DNA of 58,385 nucleotides, filler included, from Sphacelaria rigidula (lineage: Eukaryota), in NCBI GenBank assembly GCA_964200075.2. It is 8 parts of 8 records of this genome, joined end to end, with 100 filler letters (N's around TTAATTAATTAA, not from the genome) between each part and the next. Parts side by side here need not be neighbours in the genome. Positions count along the whole stretch, not along the records: positions 1 to 7,211 come from CAXNAA020015943.1; positions 7,312 to 14,522 come from CAXNAA020015944.1; 6 more parts are not named here. One strand, given 5' to 3'. Made by a program: the position numbers and the translations under genes. The notes under the pieces were generated by a model. It saw nothing but the letters and a program-made list of their open reading frames with translations. It had not been told where the DNA came from and did no database searches. Positions 1 through 11,000 of this stretch are shown here, in pieces; positions within the stretch are counted from its first letter, which is position 1, and each line of letters begins with the position of its first letter.

Positions 1-47
1 GGATGCGTGGTCAATGGTCAAACGACTAAGGCAAGCAACAAATGAGT
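1..47 (+). repeat. LINE 3'-terminal fragment (tail family L)
   Basis: GGATGCGTGGTCAATGGTCAAACGACTAAGGCAAGCAACAAATGAGT matches the 3' end of the LINE at ~16598-16662; followed by a C-run. Confidence 0.85.
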
Positions 48-294
48 CCCCCCCCCCTCAAACGTGGCTGGTTTGGGGAGGCAAAATGTACACGCAAATC
101 GAAATGAAAAATGCCGAGCACAACGAGCTGCTGGGAATTCCCACGCTTGGGTTCGGTTTCGCCAATTTCGCCCATATGAGGCGCTTCGTGCAGCCTGAAA
201 CAAAAAATCACTCGTTGTATGATCACTTTACTCGTGATAGTTTTGGGCTTCTTTTTTTGTGTGGGGGGGGGGTGGGTGGTATCGTAAAAATACT
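48..294 (+). mobile_element. MITE family A copy, left TIR disrupted by the LINE tail
   Basis: Body aligns with the complete copies at 19326-19576 and 46361-46611; degenerate right TIR (GGTATCGTAAAAATACTC). Confidence 0.75.
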
Positions 295-325
295 CATAGA
301 TACAAGCGTTTGTTTTTTCCCCTTA

Positions 326-622
326 CACTTTGAACCTCCCCCTTCCTCGGGATGAGTCCGTGGTCTCAAGGAGTCAACCAATCTCTCCCCCGGTACGCAC
401 CTTGCACTTTGTTCTCGCGGATTCGGTCAGCACTCCCGCACCGCGTCCACTCCCGTCGCACAAATCCAGCCGGCTACTCTGTTTACTCACGTTCTCACGC
501 TTTCCACGGTGGGAATCAGATACTGTACTACGAAGGAAAAAACCAATGCATCAGGAACCGAACCCTCGTTCTCTCCACCCTTATGGCGGCAGTCGGACCA
601 TTACATCACCGGGTCGCAGCGG
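326..622 (-). mobile_element. tRNA-derived SINE family 1
   Basis: Minus strand starts GCGACCCGGTGATGTAATGG (A box) with a GGTTCGGTTCC B box and ends GGTTCAAAGTG; collinear with copies at 1311, 12233, 29820, 34236 and 37982. Confidence 0.85.
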
Positions 623-714
623 CAGCGTTGCGAGTGTGTGAGGCCACCTGACACACCTATGAGCCCCTTTTCCCGTGGAATCGAACACCACTCCCCCCTA
701 TCGTAGGATCACGC

Positions 715-925
715 CGTTGTTGTGTGTGTTATCCTCCCATGTGTTCTGGACGCCAATCTACAACGATCGGTGTATGTGGGTGCATCAGCCGGGGTTACAC
801 TGGGGGAAGGCCAAAACTGTTTTTTGTTTTTGAATCTTGTGTAAGTACTCCACCTTCCTCCTGCGGTGCTTCCCTTTTTCATTTATTGTCCCTCGTCAAT
901 GGTGAAGTCGAATTTTAGGGCGGAA
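715..925 (-). mobile_element. SINE family 2, 3' part
   Basis: Reverse complement matches 30280-30530 and 52925-53000 (GCACCCACAT...TGGCGTCCAGAA...ATGGGA...AACACAC). Confidence 0.7.
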
Positions 926-984
926 AGAAGGCGGGTTTGATTTCCGCCAAATGCGTTCACTTTGGTAGCCGACTCATAGTTTCG

Positions 985-1205
985 TCTGATTTCCGTCGTG
1001 GAAAAAGTGTGGACATGCGTACAAAAAATAGCTTGTTTGACTGACTTTTGCTTGACGACAGTTGCGACCAGATCGGGGAGTACTGGTCCAATGAATCCGC
1101 GATAGATTCCAAAATACCAGGCGTGTATCAGGGGAGAGATGGATTGGCCCCTTGAGACAGACCACGGAGAAGGCAAAGAGTCATGGTTAAAAGTGTCACC
1201 GAAAA
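985..1205 (+). mobile_element. Diverged, 5'-truncated SINE family 1 copy
   Basis: GATTTCCGTCGTGGAAA...GGGGAGAGATGGATTGGCCCCTTGAGAC...CCACGGA...GGTTAAAAGTG matches the family 1 body and tail. Confidence 0.6.
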
Positions 1206-1310
1206 AAAGAGAAATGAGAAATCGACGCTGACGCTTGGAGTGAATCGTGTTGCATGAGGCCCCTTGATTTGTTATCATCACTATGTATTTATTTATTCAT
1301 TTACAATTTG

Positions 1311-1614
1311 TCGCACTTTGAACCCCTCCTCTTCCTCGGGATGAGTCCGTGGTCTCGAGGGATCAACCCATCTCTCCCCCGGCACACGCCTTGCATTTTG
1401 GTCTGGTGGATTGGGTCATGACTATCACCACTCCCACACCGCGTCAACTCACGTAAAAAAAACTCAGTCGACTACTTTGTTTACTCACGTTCTCACGCTT
1501 TCCACGGTGGAAATCAGATATTACGAAAAAAACCCAACGCATCAGGGATCGAACCCTCGTTCTCTCCACCCTAATGGTGACAGCCGGACCATTACACCAC
1601 CGGGGCGCGGCGGC
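1311..1614 (-). mobile_element. tRNA-derived SINE family 1
   Basis: GCCGCGCCCCGGTGGTGTAATGG head, GGTTCGATCCC B box, tail GGTTCAAAGTGCGACAA followed by an A-rich tract. Confidence 0.85.
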
Positions 1615-1814
1615 ATTGATGGTGACCCTTTTACCAACGTCAGCATGATCCGCAGACACTTGGAGAACGGTGCTCCGGTGGTGCTACAGTAGGGATGCAC
1701 GATTTTTATCTGGGGTTTGATTTGTCAGGAGCCCTTCATCTCATCCACAAAGCGACGTGAAAAAATATGTGAGACTACGCCACGATTAGCATTTCAGTTC
1801 ACTAGGGATACCCC

Positions 1815-1931
1815 CTTCTTTTTGTTCAGCGAGTGTTTTCAGTTTTGTTTTTCCCTAGGTACGTCTATCATGTCACCACGGCTGGATCACTGGGAGGTCA
1901 GTTAAAGTGTGACAAGCAATCAATCAATCAA
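1815..1931 (+). repeat. Retroposon 3' end with (CAAT)n tail (family R)
   Basis: AGCGAGTG...GGTACGTCTATC...ACCACG motif followed by CAATCAATCAATC; related copies at ~6114, 17236, 33180 and 41075. Confidence 0.6.
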
Positions 1932-2073
1932 ACCCCGAAGTAAAAATTCGGAAACGGGAATGTCCTGACCCTCATTCTCGTGTAGCTCCCAACTTTAGGA
2001 GACCCTGAGTGAGGAAGGCCTGGGCCATAATGTGCAACCCCTACCGTGGCATGACTCGTTCCGACTGTATCGT

Positions 2074-2121
2074 GTCGTTGTTGTCGTTGTTGTCGTTGTT
2101 GTCGTTGTTGTCGTTGTTGTC
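2074..2121. repeat. (GTCGTTGTT)n 9-bp microsatellite
   Basis: About five direct units visible. Confidence 0.9.
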
Positions 2122-2794
2122 GAGTCGATGCCGCCGCGCCCAGGCGGCGAAAATATACCGCGAAATGTCAGCCAACGCCTGGCCCGTGCTTGAACAATAT
2201 TGCAAGCTAACTTCCGGATATCGCCATCGTCCCATCGGCCCCGTGTTTTACGTCCTGAATATTTCTTTATGTAGTCCTTTCTGCCAGCAGCTCGTCTTTG
2301 AGGGCTTGGTGTTTAGTAGCATACCCATGCCAGTGTCGTCAATACTGCACACCCTGGATGATGACGATGTGTTACTTTGTCAAAAAGAAGTGTACTACTG
2401 CGTACAGCATGCAATTTATTATCTACTACAATAGACGTGAAAGGCGATACTGTACGCAGTACACTGTTTTTGGCAGTGTAATATGTTGTTATCATATCCA
2501 GGATGTGGAATACTCTCGTTCTCAAGTGTGCGATTATCGCGGGGTATACTTTCGCCGGGGTAGTATTCGGCAAAGGAAGTTGCACTCCCAGTGAACCCAT
2601 TGTTTTATTATGCACCTAAGAAACGCAAAGACAGAATGTTCTGATTGTCGCCTGCGCTGTGTCCTGGTGTTCCTTACGGCGCTGTACAGCCTCTCCGAGT
2701 TAGCGTCGATTTGTCATACTATTTTCAAGCTGTGCGGCCTGACCCTCGATATGCTATGTTTTCCTCCGATTTTTCGACGATCTAAGGAGTGTTC

Positions 2795-2985
2795 ATATCA
2801 ACGGGTCTGTTTCACCCCCCGAAATCTCCAAATTTTCCGGGGGGGAAACTGGGGAAACTGCGAGAGCAGATTTCTTCACCGGGTCAGGCAATGTATCAAT
2901 TCAAGACTGATCATAGATTTCTTCGAAAACCCGGCGTCGGATTTTTTTCAGTAATTTCGTTGTGGGAAAAGTCGAGAAAAGTGCC
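2795..2985. repeat. Dispersed repeat, unclassified
   Basis: AACGGGTCT...CCCCGAAATCTCC...CAGGCAAT...GGAAAAGTCG is shared with ~31820-32020 and partly with ~56220-56300. Confidence 0.5.
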
Positions 2986-3190
2986 GTGTTAATAGTGAGA
3001 CTCCTCACTCAACGTCATTATCCGCTTAAACACATCAAGCGAAAATCATTTTTTCCCGGGATGGTGCATGGTATTATACGTACGCATGAAATCTCGACCG
3101 CGATCGATGCCTCACTGCAAACGCGTTTTTGCCCTCGTTTCGGATGGGTCTCTCCGTACTGGCCGGTGGGTGCCTCGTGTTTGATACAAG

Positions 3191-3355
3191 GATATCGTCG
3201 GCACGAGATCGCAAGTTGTCCCGAAGGTAGAGGGGACGATGTCGCAAGTACCAATGATGGGTTACACTTTCTCTTGCAAGACGGCCGGATCCACCTACAT
3301 GGAGGCCTGCGACAGGAGCTGGGACGACACGGCGGCGATTCGATCGTCAGCGCCG
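3191..3355 (+). CDS. Possible isolated exon of an unknown gene
   Basis: AG|GAT...CCG|GTAAAG boundaries; open frame DIVGTRSQVVPKVEGTMSQVPMMGYTFSCKTAGSTYMEACDRSWDDTAAIRSSAP with strong G/C bias at third positions; no family recognised. Confidence 0.3.
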
Positions 3356-3573
3356 GTAAAGTACAGCACCGTTATAGTCCCGCTATAGTGCGGTGAGTTG
3401 CTAGCCCGGCACGACCACAGCATCATGACGAGGCCCTGCACTATTCCAGTATTCTGTGCGAATGTTCGAAATACATTTGGCGAATCGGATTCCTGACGAA
3501 TGATTTTTTCCGACTGTGCTCTAGTAGAGCACCTCACTGTGGAACCACACCCCGCCCCCCCCCCGTGGTCTGT

Positions 3574-3612
3574 CAATTGTCGAACGACTAAGGCAAGCAA
3601 CAAATGAGTACG
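3574..3612 (+). mobile_element. 39-nt LINE tail insertion with 14-bp TSD
   Basis: Flanked by direct repeats CCCCCGTGGTCTGT at 3560-3573 and 3613-3626. Confidence 0.85.
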
Positions 3613-4110
3613 CCCCCGTGGTCTGTTCGGTGTATGGTATGCCGATGGCCCGTGATATGCCGATTAGGGCGAGGTTAAGGGTTTAGACCCAGGCAGATGC
3701 GCTTTTCCCCTGAGGACTATCTGACTTTGGTTCATTGACAACATGAACACTTGGGGAGGGGAAAAAACATGGCGAGAGTCAACGCGGTCTGGGGGTACTG
3801 ATAGTCATGATCCAATCGGCGACACTGAGATGTCATGATCCAAAGGCGTGTCCCGAGGGAGAGAGGGGGACTGGCCCGTCGAGAACGTGCACTCGTCTCG
3901 AGGATGAGGACGGATTGAAATATAAAGCATGACCGGGAGAAACAGGGAAAAGATAGGTATGGCCCACAGTACAGTGTCAGGGCACTAAAGGGTCACAGCT
4001 GTCAGTGAAATTGGGAGGCACAAGCGACGAATGCTTCCTGTCTCGATTGGGCGAGGACCCCAGTTAACAGTGTAGTTTATACTACAACCCCTCCTCCACG
4101 TCATTCATAC

Positions 4111-4510
4111 GCTCCGTCTCGAAAGGGATGCGTGGTCAACTGTCAAATGATTCAAGGGTCCGGACAAATGAATGATTCGTCTGGAAATTACTTGATTTTA
4201 GTGTGATTTACTCATACCGTACGAATCAATCATTAAGCTTTGTTTTCAGCGTTGCAACCCAGGTATGCACAGGCCAGGCACGTGGAATGGCGCAAAAATT
4301 ACGTCGGAACCTTTTTGACCAGCAGTCGACTTTTTTCGTCTCCTTCGAGCGATCAGGCCTAAGAAATCGTGGATTTGGTGATTCGAACTGACGATGATTC
4401 GTCCGAACCGTGAATTCATTAAGGCAAGCAACAAGTGAGTACTGCTCCATCTCGAAAGGGATGCGTGGTCAATGGTCAAATGACTAAGGCAAGCAACAAA
4501 TGAGTACGCC
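4111..4510 (+). mobile_element. Two tandem LINE tails, the first split by a MITE family B insertion (~4150-4417)
   Basis: 4111-4151 plus 4420-4443 rejoin into one tail; a second tail follows at 4444-4509. The insert has imperfect TIRs and partial copies at 5189-5380 and 30530-30755. Confidence 0.75.
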
Positions 4511-5188
4511 NNNNNNNNNNCCAAAAAGACGCGTGGTCCAACTCCAAAATACTCAGCGAACCAAAAAAATTGGCCCCCCCCCCCCCCCCCTCCCTCCACA
4601 TCATACATGTTGCGAATGCGGTCGGCCGATAAAAATGCAATATTAAGAGTGGGGTGTGGTGCACAGAACATTCCCGCAATGATTCAGGAAAATCCGGCTT
4701 TGTCGGGAGCGAGAGGAAAGTTTGTTTTTTTCCGTCACACGTTCAGCCCCTTACCTTCTCCGGAACAAGTCCTCAGTCTCTCCCCTGGTACACATGTTGC
4801 ATTTTGGTATCGCTTTTGGACCAGCACCGCTGTACCACGTCCATTCTCATATGTAAAAAGAAAAATGCTTCAGTGTAATAGTCACACCCTCACGTTGCAA
4901 CGACATAAATCGGATAGTTCTCGGAACAGGAAAAACACAACTACATCTGTTGGGAATCGAATGTAGTTCCCTCTTCCCGCCATACAGCAGCTGGTCTAAG
5001 ATGCACCATGTAGACCACGCAGGCGCGGTGGCAACAATGATGTTGGCAGATCTTTCACCCATGAGATTCGGCGTACTTCTGCCGTCTACGGTAGTACCAG
5101 ATCCTGTCATTGTTCAGGATTTGCTGTTGAAAACTGCAAATGATCGGTGCTGCAGATATTGAGGCTGAGATAAAACTGGCGACACACG

Positions 5189-5380
5189 ATTCCAAGGCTC
5201 AGACAAATTAAATGATTCGTCTGGAAATTGCTTGATTTTAGTGTAATTGATTCTTACCGTACGAATCAATCCTTGAGCTGTGTTTTCAGCGTTGCGCTCT
5301 AGGTACGCACACTTCGAAGCGTCTCAGATCCTCTTTCGAACGCTCAGGCCGCGCAAATCGTAAATTGTGTGATTCGAATG
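5189..5380 (+). mobile_element. MITE family B partial copy
   Basis: ATTCCAAGGCTCAGACA...AATGATTCGTCTGGAAATT...CGTACGAATCAATC matches 4150-4390. Confidence 0.7.
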
Positions 5381-5699
5381 CAGTACAGCCAGGTGGTGCC
5401 AAAACTACGGTCTCGCTTTGCTGGAGACAGGCACAAAACATATTCCATCAGGCGTTTCCAGATGACGCGATGCCTTCGTCCGTAAGCAACCATGTATTCG
5501 TGGTTTTCGGTGTATCTCATACAGAACGATACATAGCTGCCGGGGTACTTATTTGGAACAGATGGGGAAAGCCCCTTGAGCACAAGCGATAGCCCCACGA
5601 CAGCGATCTCAGTCACCATGCCCTGCACAGAGTATGTGGCACATCGTTGTGTAGTTGAGTATTTGGTTTCCTCCTTTTTCATTTCTCATGCCCTCCCGT

Positions 5700-6260
5700 T
5701 TCTCTGTTTTGTTTTAGGTCTAGTATTATATTGAAGCGATGTTTGTGCTGTCTCACTCCTGTAGAGCTCTTGGGTGAGAGTTCATGCTCAAAAATTGTGG
5801 TTCCTAAATAGCTTCCGCGGCCTTTTTCGTTTTTTTTTTCCGATGATTTTGTTTGTGATTGCTCGTCCTCAGTTGTTTTCTTCAGTGATCTCCTTCCTGC
5901 ACTCATACTGTGGGTGCCGGCCATTTCTTGTTTCATCACTGTTCACGTCATCATTGCTGTTTTCATTGGAACCCTTTCCTTTCCTTTCCTTTCCTTTCCT
6001 ATCCCGTTCTTTTTACATTTTTCTGTCTTGTCGTGTTGTCTCTTGTTTCCATTCAGTTTAACTCCCTTTGCTTTATTTTCTTCATTATGCTTCCATTTTC
6101 TCGAGTTCCCATTCAGCGAGTGAGTGTTTCCCAATACTTTACCTTCGGTGCGTGTATCTTGTGGAGAATGACCACGACTGGATCAATCAGATCCACCAAA
6201 TCTTGACGTTTCCTCTGGCGGACGTTCCCGTTTGTCAGTCTTGGATACGCCCATCTTGAT
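5700..6260 (+). repeat. Family R retroposon 3' region (T-rich tract plus conserved terminal motif)
   Basis: Long pyrimidine-rich tract, then CAGCGAGTG...TATCTTGTGGAGAATGACCACG, as in the reverse complements of 33265-33330 and 41140-41200. Confidence 0.5.
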
Positions 6261-7175
6261 ACCACGGCTGCATTTGAAACGGATGTAACGGGTGTAACGG
6301 GTGTATCGGATGAGTTAATGTTCATGTTGACGTCTGACACCGAATCGACCAATCTATAAATTATCATGCAACCAAATAATATCTTTGAATTTTCGATTGA
6401 CTGCCAGACACCCCCTGGGCGACTTCCCTTCTCCAACGATAGGAACTAAAACTAATGTGTGGAAAAAATAACAATGATCACAATCATGATCATAAATCAT
6501 AGTAGCCATAATAATCTAGGACTGTGAAGTGGACCACTCTGTACTGTCGATGAAACTGGAACTGCAGTTGAACTGGAACTAGCGACTAGGATCATCCAGT
6601 TTAGTTGAGGTTTTCCGTTACCGGCTGTTTTTATACCAACTTTAGTATGGTGATTTTATAACAAAGATACTTACACCATTGTATTTAAATTGACTGCACA
6701 ATTGAGGCCTGCACGTTACAGCTGCTGAGGAATGTAGGGTATCTATTTAGACGGAGGGCGCTTCGAAGGCGTCGGCGTAGATTGTTTGCGTCGACGACGC
6801 GTGAAGCAGCGGTGCACAGCTTCATGCTTCGTCTTCCGTGCTTGGGTCGACTTGCATAGCACAGATCTGGCGTTCTGTGGCAGTACCATAGCGCATGAAG
6901 AACGGATTTGCCGTGGGCCAGTCACTAGATTACCACTTTCGAGTGTTCTTCTGCTTTTTTTGTCCCGTCTACTTCGTTGGAACGTCGTGGCTCTGCAGCT
7001 TTCCATTTTTTAGAGATGTGGTGCACATATGATTCGGTACAAAACTCGGTATATTACGAGCAGAGGCACTGAACTAACTCTATCTAGCTTTCGTATCTCA
7101 ATTGTGAGAGTGATGCATTCAAATTTGCTATGGAGTACAGCTAGTGGGGGCGGAGGGGGGGCGGGGGGGGGGGGC

Positions 7176-7211
7176 GTACTCATTAGTTGCTTGCCTTAGT
7201 CGTTTGACAGA
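7176..7211 (-). repeat. LINE tail fragment
   Basis: Reverse complement TGTCAAACGACTAAGGCAAGCAACTAATGAGTACG followed by a long C-run. Confidence 0.85.
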
Positions 7212-7311
7212 NNNNNNNNNNNNNNNNNNNNNNNNNNNNNNNNNNNNNNNNNNNNTTAATTAATTAANNNNNNNNNNNNNNNNNNNNNNNNNNNNNNNNN
7301 NNNNNNNNNNN
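7212..7311. other. Artificial 100-nt linker, first of seven (others at 14523, 21834, 29145, 36456, 43766, 51076)
   Basis: N44-TTAATTAATTAA-N44, with stops in all six frames, recurring after every 7211/7210 bp of sequence. Confidence 0.95.
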
Positions 7312-7339
7312 GGCTTTCTCTTCATTTTTTCCTTCAAAG

Positions 7340-8010
7340 AATGTGCGTCCGACGGGAATCGAACCAGCGACTAACTTTTGTCACGGTTTAAGAGACAACC
7401 AACTAGACTACTGACCATTTTGTGACGGTTCAAGAGACAACCAACTAGACTACTGACCAGTCAGCTCTATACTAGCGAGCATGGCATCTAGCGAGCGCTG
7501 ACTGGTCAGTAGTTTAGTTGGTTATCTCTTGCACCGTCACAAAAGTTAGTCGTGGGGGTTCGATCCTCGTCACTTTCACTCCGATGAGGGCGACTCCCCT
7601 TGCCAGCGCTCTACCGACTGCCATTAGAAACCTCTAGTATTGTCTTTCTCACCGTATCCTAGAGTTACTCGTCTCCCCCACTCATTCCAGAGTGTGTGCA
7701 CTGGGGTCCCGAGCAGTCAACTCCATACATAGCCACCAGGCTATACCCCACCCTTTTTCTTTGGGACAATTTTTTACTGAGGTTTTCTCTCTTTGGGGTC
7801 AATTTTTTACAAGAGGTTTTCTCTCCTCTTTTTTTTTTTTCTTCAAAGAAAGTGCGTCCTACGGGAATCGAACCAGCGACTAACTTTTGCGACGGTTCAA
7901 TCAAGATACAACCAACTAGACTACTGACCAAGTCAGCGAGTAGACGACTGACCAGTCAGCGCTGACTTACTTGGTCAGTAGTCTAGTTGGTTTTATCTTA
8001 AACCGTCACA
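7340..8010. mobile_element. Cluster of tRNA-headed SINE family 3 copies in both orientations
   Basis: Head GGTCAGTAGTCTAGTTGG (A box)...GGTTCGATTCC (B box) at 7346-7416(-), 7417-7460(-, partial), 7503-7570(+), 7853-7930(-, body extending to ~7575) and 7972-8009(+, partial). Confidence 0.75.
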
Positions 8011-11000
8011 TGTGTCTCGTTCCCGCTCTGCACAGTGGAAACATCTGCCCTGTATCGTTGCTGAAGATACGCCCTACCGACTGAACGTTCAGCGGGTGCA
8101 CTATCGCGCCTATCCCCTCGGGCAGACACATGCAGCTCGGCTGTCACAGTGCCATGCACCACATTCGATGATGCATGCTTGCGCAAACCGAAAAGCAGCT
8201 GCTCGTTCTCAACATCATGAGCATGATTCAAGAACGTGTCACGCAGACATTACACAATACGTTTCGGCATGAGCTCAGAAACTGCTGCCACCTCGAAGAG
8301 GTGATTTGTACACCGCGCGTTCACTTGCTCTACCTCTCGCAGATATTTATCGTACTGGAGTAGAAACTCGGCCGATTTCTTGCTCGAAAACTTGCGGCCG
8401 TAGTACGGTATCTCCAGCGCCAGTACAGGAACAACACGACCATCGACGATGGCATGTTCCTGCGCCTGATTCACTTCGGTCAGCATTACAGCACTCCAAA
8501 CCGCCTTTTTGAAAAACGAAGTCGCCTCCCACTCACAGAAACAACAACTCTCTCCTTACAACGAGACGCCCTGTACCACCTTACAAAGACAATGGCCATA
8601 GCGTCTTTTCCTCACGCAGATCTCACCACGTGTTTGAAGTCCTTAGACACCTCTTCCTGGCAGTACCCGGCCAAGCGTGGAACAAGCAACTCTCGCTCGC
8701 TCCGCCAGGCAGTAGTTTCGCCGCTTTTTCTGGAATGATCTTGGGCTCGCCAGCTGTCGATCGACCGCCCGCACCTCCTGCACGAGCGATACCACAGCCC
8801 GCCCTAGCACTACCTCAGAACCTCCTCGGCTCTACTTCTCCAACTTCTCTCGACGTTAACACGCCTTTAGCTGGTCTTGTTTGCTGCAAACTGATCAGGC
8901 CTGCAGACTTCTCTATCTTGACGTGACAGCTGCTTTCAGCGGACCTACCTCCTCAGCGGACTTAATTTTATCATAGATTTCTGTCACTCAAGATCAGATT
9001 GCCATGTAGACTCCTCCCATCACGGGCACATGGACTTCAGCAGCTTCAGATATTCATGTATTAACCCTCAGCATAGTACAGGCAAACAGGACCATAGCCT
9101 CTCTCCACCAGAGTAGCAAAACCGGCTCTACTCCTCATGAAGGTCACCCATCACAGAGTTCGGCAATCAGATCCGCAACTCCACCTACAATGTCCCCAAC
9201 CTTGGGTAACAATGGTGGCTAGAGTCTACAGGCGGCGATGGCGGAGGTGTCTCCACTGTTTCATCACGGGGTGTTTGAGGAGGACAGTGTGCCATCAGGA
9301 GGTGTTGCTGTTCGAGACCGTGTAGTTGTTCCCGTTTCGCCTCTCTGACTGAAGCACAGGTGTTTAGTACCGCCCAAGTATCTGTTGAGGCAGATGATCT
9401 GTCGCGTTGGTTCGACGGTGCGGATATACCGTTTGGTGGCGAGCTGAGCGGCTCCACGATGGTGCGAGCTGTAGCTGGACTCATGGCGCGAGGAGCGAGT
9501 ATTCGACTGGAAACGCTGCTCCACGCTGTGCACGGGGTTGTAGTTCGAGTGTTGCTATTTCTCAGGAGCGGGCTGGAGGACTTGTAGACTCCGGGCAACA
9601 TTGTTACCTTGATTCGGTACATGACTGCAGTGGAGAGAATGCATAGCAGGAATTTACAGTCTGGTTGATGGATAACGGGTCTGAGAGTATGATCGGTGGA
9701 CTCCATGGTGTATGATGTTTGTACACGAGGTGCAAGGTTACTTCTGATTAGCGGAGACTACTGTTTGCATAACTGCTCGAAGTCTTCAAGTCTCTGGAGC
9801 CCGTGACAGGAATGAAGCCTCTGGAGCAGCACTGTGGCCTTGTTCTGATTGCAGGCAGGTTCACAATAAACGCTCATTCAGGAAATTTAACGTTTCTGGA
9901 AAGGGTTTTTGAAGCCGCACCCCGCAGTCTGTAAAACGGGGGACGCTTACGTTGAAAACAGTGGGGGAGGAAGCGGCGGAAAGAGAGGCGCTGGTCACAT
10001 AAGCCAAGGCAACTGAAGGGAAGGAGCCTATTGGAAGGATGGCAGCGCGCAGGAGGATGGCAGGAGTAGAGCCAAGAAGGAGGTCCTGTGGTAGTGCTAG
10101 GGTGCCCTTTGGTATCGGTTGATCACCAGCTGGGTTGCCCGGAGAGCCTGCCAACAAACGCGGCGCAATTACCACCTCAGCCGGGAGAATCGCAAGAGGG
10201 CTAGTTTAAGGTTGGCCAGCCGCGTTCAAGAAGAGGAGTCTACGAAGGACTTCAATCGTGGTGAGAGCTGCGTGAAAAGAGATGCTGTGGTCGTCATAGT
10301 GTGGGACAACGCTCGTCTTGGTGTACGGGCAGAGTTGCAGTTTCTGTGCTTGGAAGGCAGCTGAATTTTTTTTCATATGTTTTGAAATTCTGCCATGGCA
10401 AGCCTCAGGACCAAGAACTTGATTGTGCCAAGCACGCAGAAACTGTCGTCAGCGGCTGGCCGGCGCGCCGCGCCTGCGGCCGCCGCAGCGGGTAGTGGCG
10501 GTTCTGGCTCGAAAAAAGCCTCACAAACCTTGTCCTACCACACAGAAACTGTCGTCAGCGGCCGGCCGGCGCGCCGCGGCTGCAGCAGCAGCCGCTGATG
10601 AGCCAAATAGCGCGCCAAACGAAAATGCAATGCCCCGAGGCTGTCGGCGATGTGTGGGCCGAGGTTGTCATAGGTGCGATGCTCATGATCCTACGGCGGG
10701 AGCAAGTACAGCTCCGCAGGAATTTCTGCTTCAAGGGGGGGTGGATTCCAAGGTGACGGGTTCAGATCGCGCGATAGACTTGTGTTCGATGACCAGCGTG
10801 TAGCTGAGGACACGCCTTGCATGCTTGGAGCTGCAGGGGGGTGTCATTCGCGTCATGCGAACAAGCAAAGCGAGCTTTGGACTGGCCATGCTCATGGAGA
10901 ATCTCTGTGCGCCAACGATATGGCGGGAGATGGTTCAGATGATTCGCAGGGGTGTCTGCTTGAAGGAGAGCTGGGTGCACCGTTGGCGGAGTTGCCGCCG

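Noticed and set aside
352-651. Family of small ORFs sharing HVLTLSTVE/VLSTLMA words
   Set aside because: Antisense translations of SINE family 1, with frames varying between copies.
3191-3355. Upstream exon of the CobW gene
   Set aside because: Different scaffold and no Walker A motif.
7256-7267. TTAATTAATTAA recurring at ~7.3-kb intervals as a periodic genomic motif
   Set aside because: Always centred in N-runs; an artificial all-frame stop linker.
7346-7930. Functional tRNA genes (also at 29826, 30138, 37985, 52807)
   Set aside because: A and B boxes are present but there is no complete cloverleaf; they continue into shared repeat bodies, so they are SINE heads.
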